This document shows, in pieces, positions 61,551-64,000 of a stretch of 64,000 nt of DNA. This stretch comes from Mobula hypostoma (lineage: Eukaryota): NCBI RefSeq assembly GCF_963921235.1, contig NC_086097.1:117182001-117246000 (forward strand), in the 5' to 3' direction. The position numbers were made by a program, and so were the translations under genes. Below the pieces are notes generated by a model. The model ran no database searches. It had not been told where the DNA came from and saw nothing but the letters and a program-made list of their open reading frames with translations. Every line of letters begins with the position of its first letter. Position 1 is the first letter of the stretch.

Positions 61551-62111
61551 CAGTCAGTGCCCACTTTATTAGGTACACCTGTACAGCTGCTCGTTAATGC
61601 AAACATCTAATGAGGCAATCATGTGGCAGCAGCTCAATGTATGAAAAATGTAGACATGGTCAAGAGGTTCAATTGTTGTTCAGACCAAACATCAGAACGG
61701 GGGAGACAACAGGAATACGATTTGAGTGACTTTGACTGTCGAATGATTGATAGTGCCAGACAGGGGGGTGTATTTCAAAAAATGATCGTCTCCTGAGATT
61801 TTCACTTACAGCAGTCTCTGGAGTTTACAGAGAATGGTCCGGAAAACAAAAATAAATATCCAGTGAGCAGCAGTTCTGAGGGTGAAAATGCTTGTTAATG
61901 AGAGAGGTCAGAGGAGAATGACCAGACTGCTGCAAACTGATAGGAAGTTGACAGTAACTCAAACAACCACACTACACTGCTTTGCTGAATTTCTACTCTG
62001 AATACAACACACATCGAACCTTGAAGTGGATGGGCTACAGCAGCAGAAGACCATGAACATTCACTCAGTGGCCAGTTTATTAGGTACCATCTGTAACGTG
62101 GCCACTGATTG
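61551..62111 (+). mobile_element. Tc1-derived non-autonomous element
   Basis: TA-CAGTCAGTGCCCACTTTATTAGGTACACCTG … GTGGCCACTGATTG. Same body as the other copies. Confidence 0.85.
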
Positions 62112-62269
62112 AATGCTATGTTCACTGCAGTAGCTCAATTGCAATTCATTATCTGCCAATAAACGAAACAAGAGCTGTGTGGGAGGCCACCATCACTGTC
62201 TCCAAACCATGTTTCGTCCTTCCGGAGCTTTAATTTGCCAACAGTCCTGCATGACTTCTAATAGATTAG

Positions 62270-62510
62270 GTGCCATGATAGCGTAGTGCTCAGCATAATT
62301 CTATTACAGTGACTGCAGCCCGTGTTTAGTTCCACCACTGTCTGTAATGTGTTGGTACGTTCTCCCCATGAGGGCGTAGGTTTCCACAGTGTGCTCCAGT
62401 TTCCTCTCACATTGTAAAGCTGTACAAGTTAGTGCATCTTTCAAATGGGAGTGATTGCGCAGCATGTGCTCGGTGGGCTGGAAGGCCCGTTACCTTCATG
62501 TATTCCCAAC
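62270..62510 (+). mobile_element. V-domain SINE, degenerate
   Basis: gtgccatgatagcgtagtg…tacgttctcccc.tg..ggcgtaggtttcc…gtgctccagtttcctctcaca. Confidence 0.6.
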
Positions 62511-63030
62511 AAAAATTAAAAGAATGCCACTAATTGGCTGACCTACATGGCACTGACATGAGACACCATTGGCTGACCCACATGACACTGACATGAGATA
62601 CCATTTCCCAGCAAGGGTTACGTTGGAGTAGCTGGGAACCCCCGAACTGGGCTGAACTTACTTCTAAAATGCACAGTTAGACTTCTCATCACGCAGCTTA
62701 CAGTAAGCCTTGAAACACTCACATTATGTGGTAACAGGGGGCGATCCTGAGGCTGAGGCAGAAGATTAGAGGGTAGATTTTACTTCCCCTACAGTCTGTT
62801 GGGCTCATACAATTGGATAGAGTGGTGGTGGTACAAGTCTGTCACTGTGGAATACTGGTTTATAATACTCATGGCTGGACCTCTGCAGCCATACATTACG
62901 GGGCTGGTTCCCACAGGTGTGTCACAGTGTAAAACTGGCAGGAAAGGCTGTTGAGGAAAGGACAGTCACAGTATAAATTGGGATACATTAATGATAGGGA
63001 CAGGTTATTCATTGCTTACGCTGGGATAGA

Positions 63031-63487
63031 CACTCAGTGGCCACTTCAATCCGTACAATAGTAGAACCTGATGTGAGTTTTGTTGCTGTTGTACTTCAAG
63101 GTTCAACGTATTGTGCATTTGGAGATGCTCTTCTCCACACAACTGTTATAGCACATGATTATCTGAGTTACTATCACCTTCCTGTCAGCTTCAACCAGTC
63201 TGGTCTTTCTCCCCCGACCTCTGTCATTAAAAAGGCCTTTTCGCCCACAAAACTGCAGTTTCTGAGATACTCAAGCCACCCTGTCTGGCACCAACACCCA
63301 TTCCCTGGTCAAAGTCACTTGGATCACATTTCTCCCCCATTTTGATGTTTGGTCTAAGCAACAACAGAACCTTTTGACCATGTCTACATGTTTTTATGCA
63401 TTGAGCAGCTGCCACATGATTGGCTGATTGGATATTTGCTTTAACGAGTGGGTGTACGGGTGTACATAATAAAGTGGCCACTGAGTG
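63031..63487 (-). mobile_element. Tc1-derived non-autonomous element
   Basis: TIRs CACTCAGTGGCCACTT / AATAAAGTGGCCACTGAGTG. Peptide MGEKCDPSDFDQGMGVGARQGGLSISETA. Confidence 0.85.
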
Positions 63488-63867
63488 CTTATGGTTTGGA
63501 GCAGATGATGGTGTTCCAGCACAAAGCTCTTGTTCTTTTCATTGGTGGAGAATGAAGTGCGGCTGAAATAGCTTCAGTGAACCTAATTTATATCATTAAA
63601 AGAAAGCAACTAGTGGAGAATGTGTCCATAGATAATTTTGAGATCCTTACGTAATGTGAGAGCTGAAGGCAGACAACCTATTGGCCATTATTCCAGAACA
63701 CCTCATTGAACCTTGCAGAGAATAACTAATCCTCCCTCTGGTAGCTTTTCCCTCCCACTCTCATCTTCTTCTCTTCCCTACTCTGGCCTTCTACCTCTTC
63801 TTACCTGCCAATCAGCACAACATGGTGGGCCGAAGGACCTGTACTGTGCTGTAATGTTCTACGTTCT

Positions 63868-64000
63868 AAGTAAGACCATTACACCATAAGATATCAGAGC
63901 AGAAGCAGGCCATTCAGCTCATCAAGTCTGCTCTGTCATTCAATCATGGGCTGATCCAATTCTTCCAGTCATCTCCACTCCCCTGCCTTCTTCCCATACC
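63868..64000 (-). mobile_element. CR1 3' end, running off the window
   Basis: taagaccat…ccataagata…gcagaagcaggccattcagc…, same as 35513 and 18725. Confidence 0.75.

Overview
This is a repeat-saturated vertebrate genomic window. The mix of CR1 LINEs, V-domain tRNA SINEs, Penelope-like elements (PLEs) and Rex1/Babar LINEs suggests a cartilaginous fish, probably a ray (inference). I cannot recognise any host protein-coding gene. Almost every long ORF is a CR1, Rex1/Babar or Tc1 fragment, or its antisense shadow. The window holds several near-full-length or truncated CR1 LINEs in nested stacks, Rex1/Babar fragments, PLE fragments carrying minimal hammerhead ribozyme motifs, Tc1-derived non-autonomous elements, a Harbinger derivative and many SINEs. 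The most notable element is not visible in the ORF track: an old, internally deleted endogenous retrovirus at 28697-31930 (+). It has two LTRs, a 5-bp target-site duplication (TSD), a decayed tRNA-Ser primer-binding site and a class III (ERV-S/ERV-L-like) gag fragment. That fragment is joined directly to a gamma-type env (CWIC, basic cleavage site, immunosuppressive domain, CX6CC, membrane anchor), and pro-pol is absent. Short candidate host exons occur on both strands but are unverified. Repeat boundaries are approximate unless a TSD is quoted.
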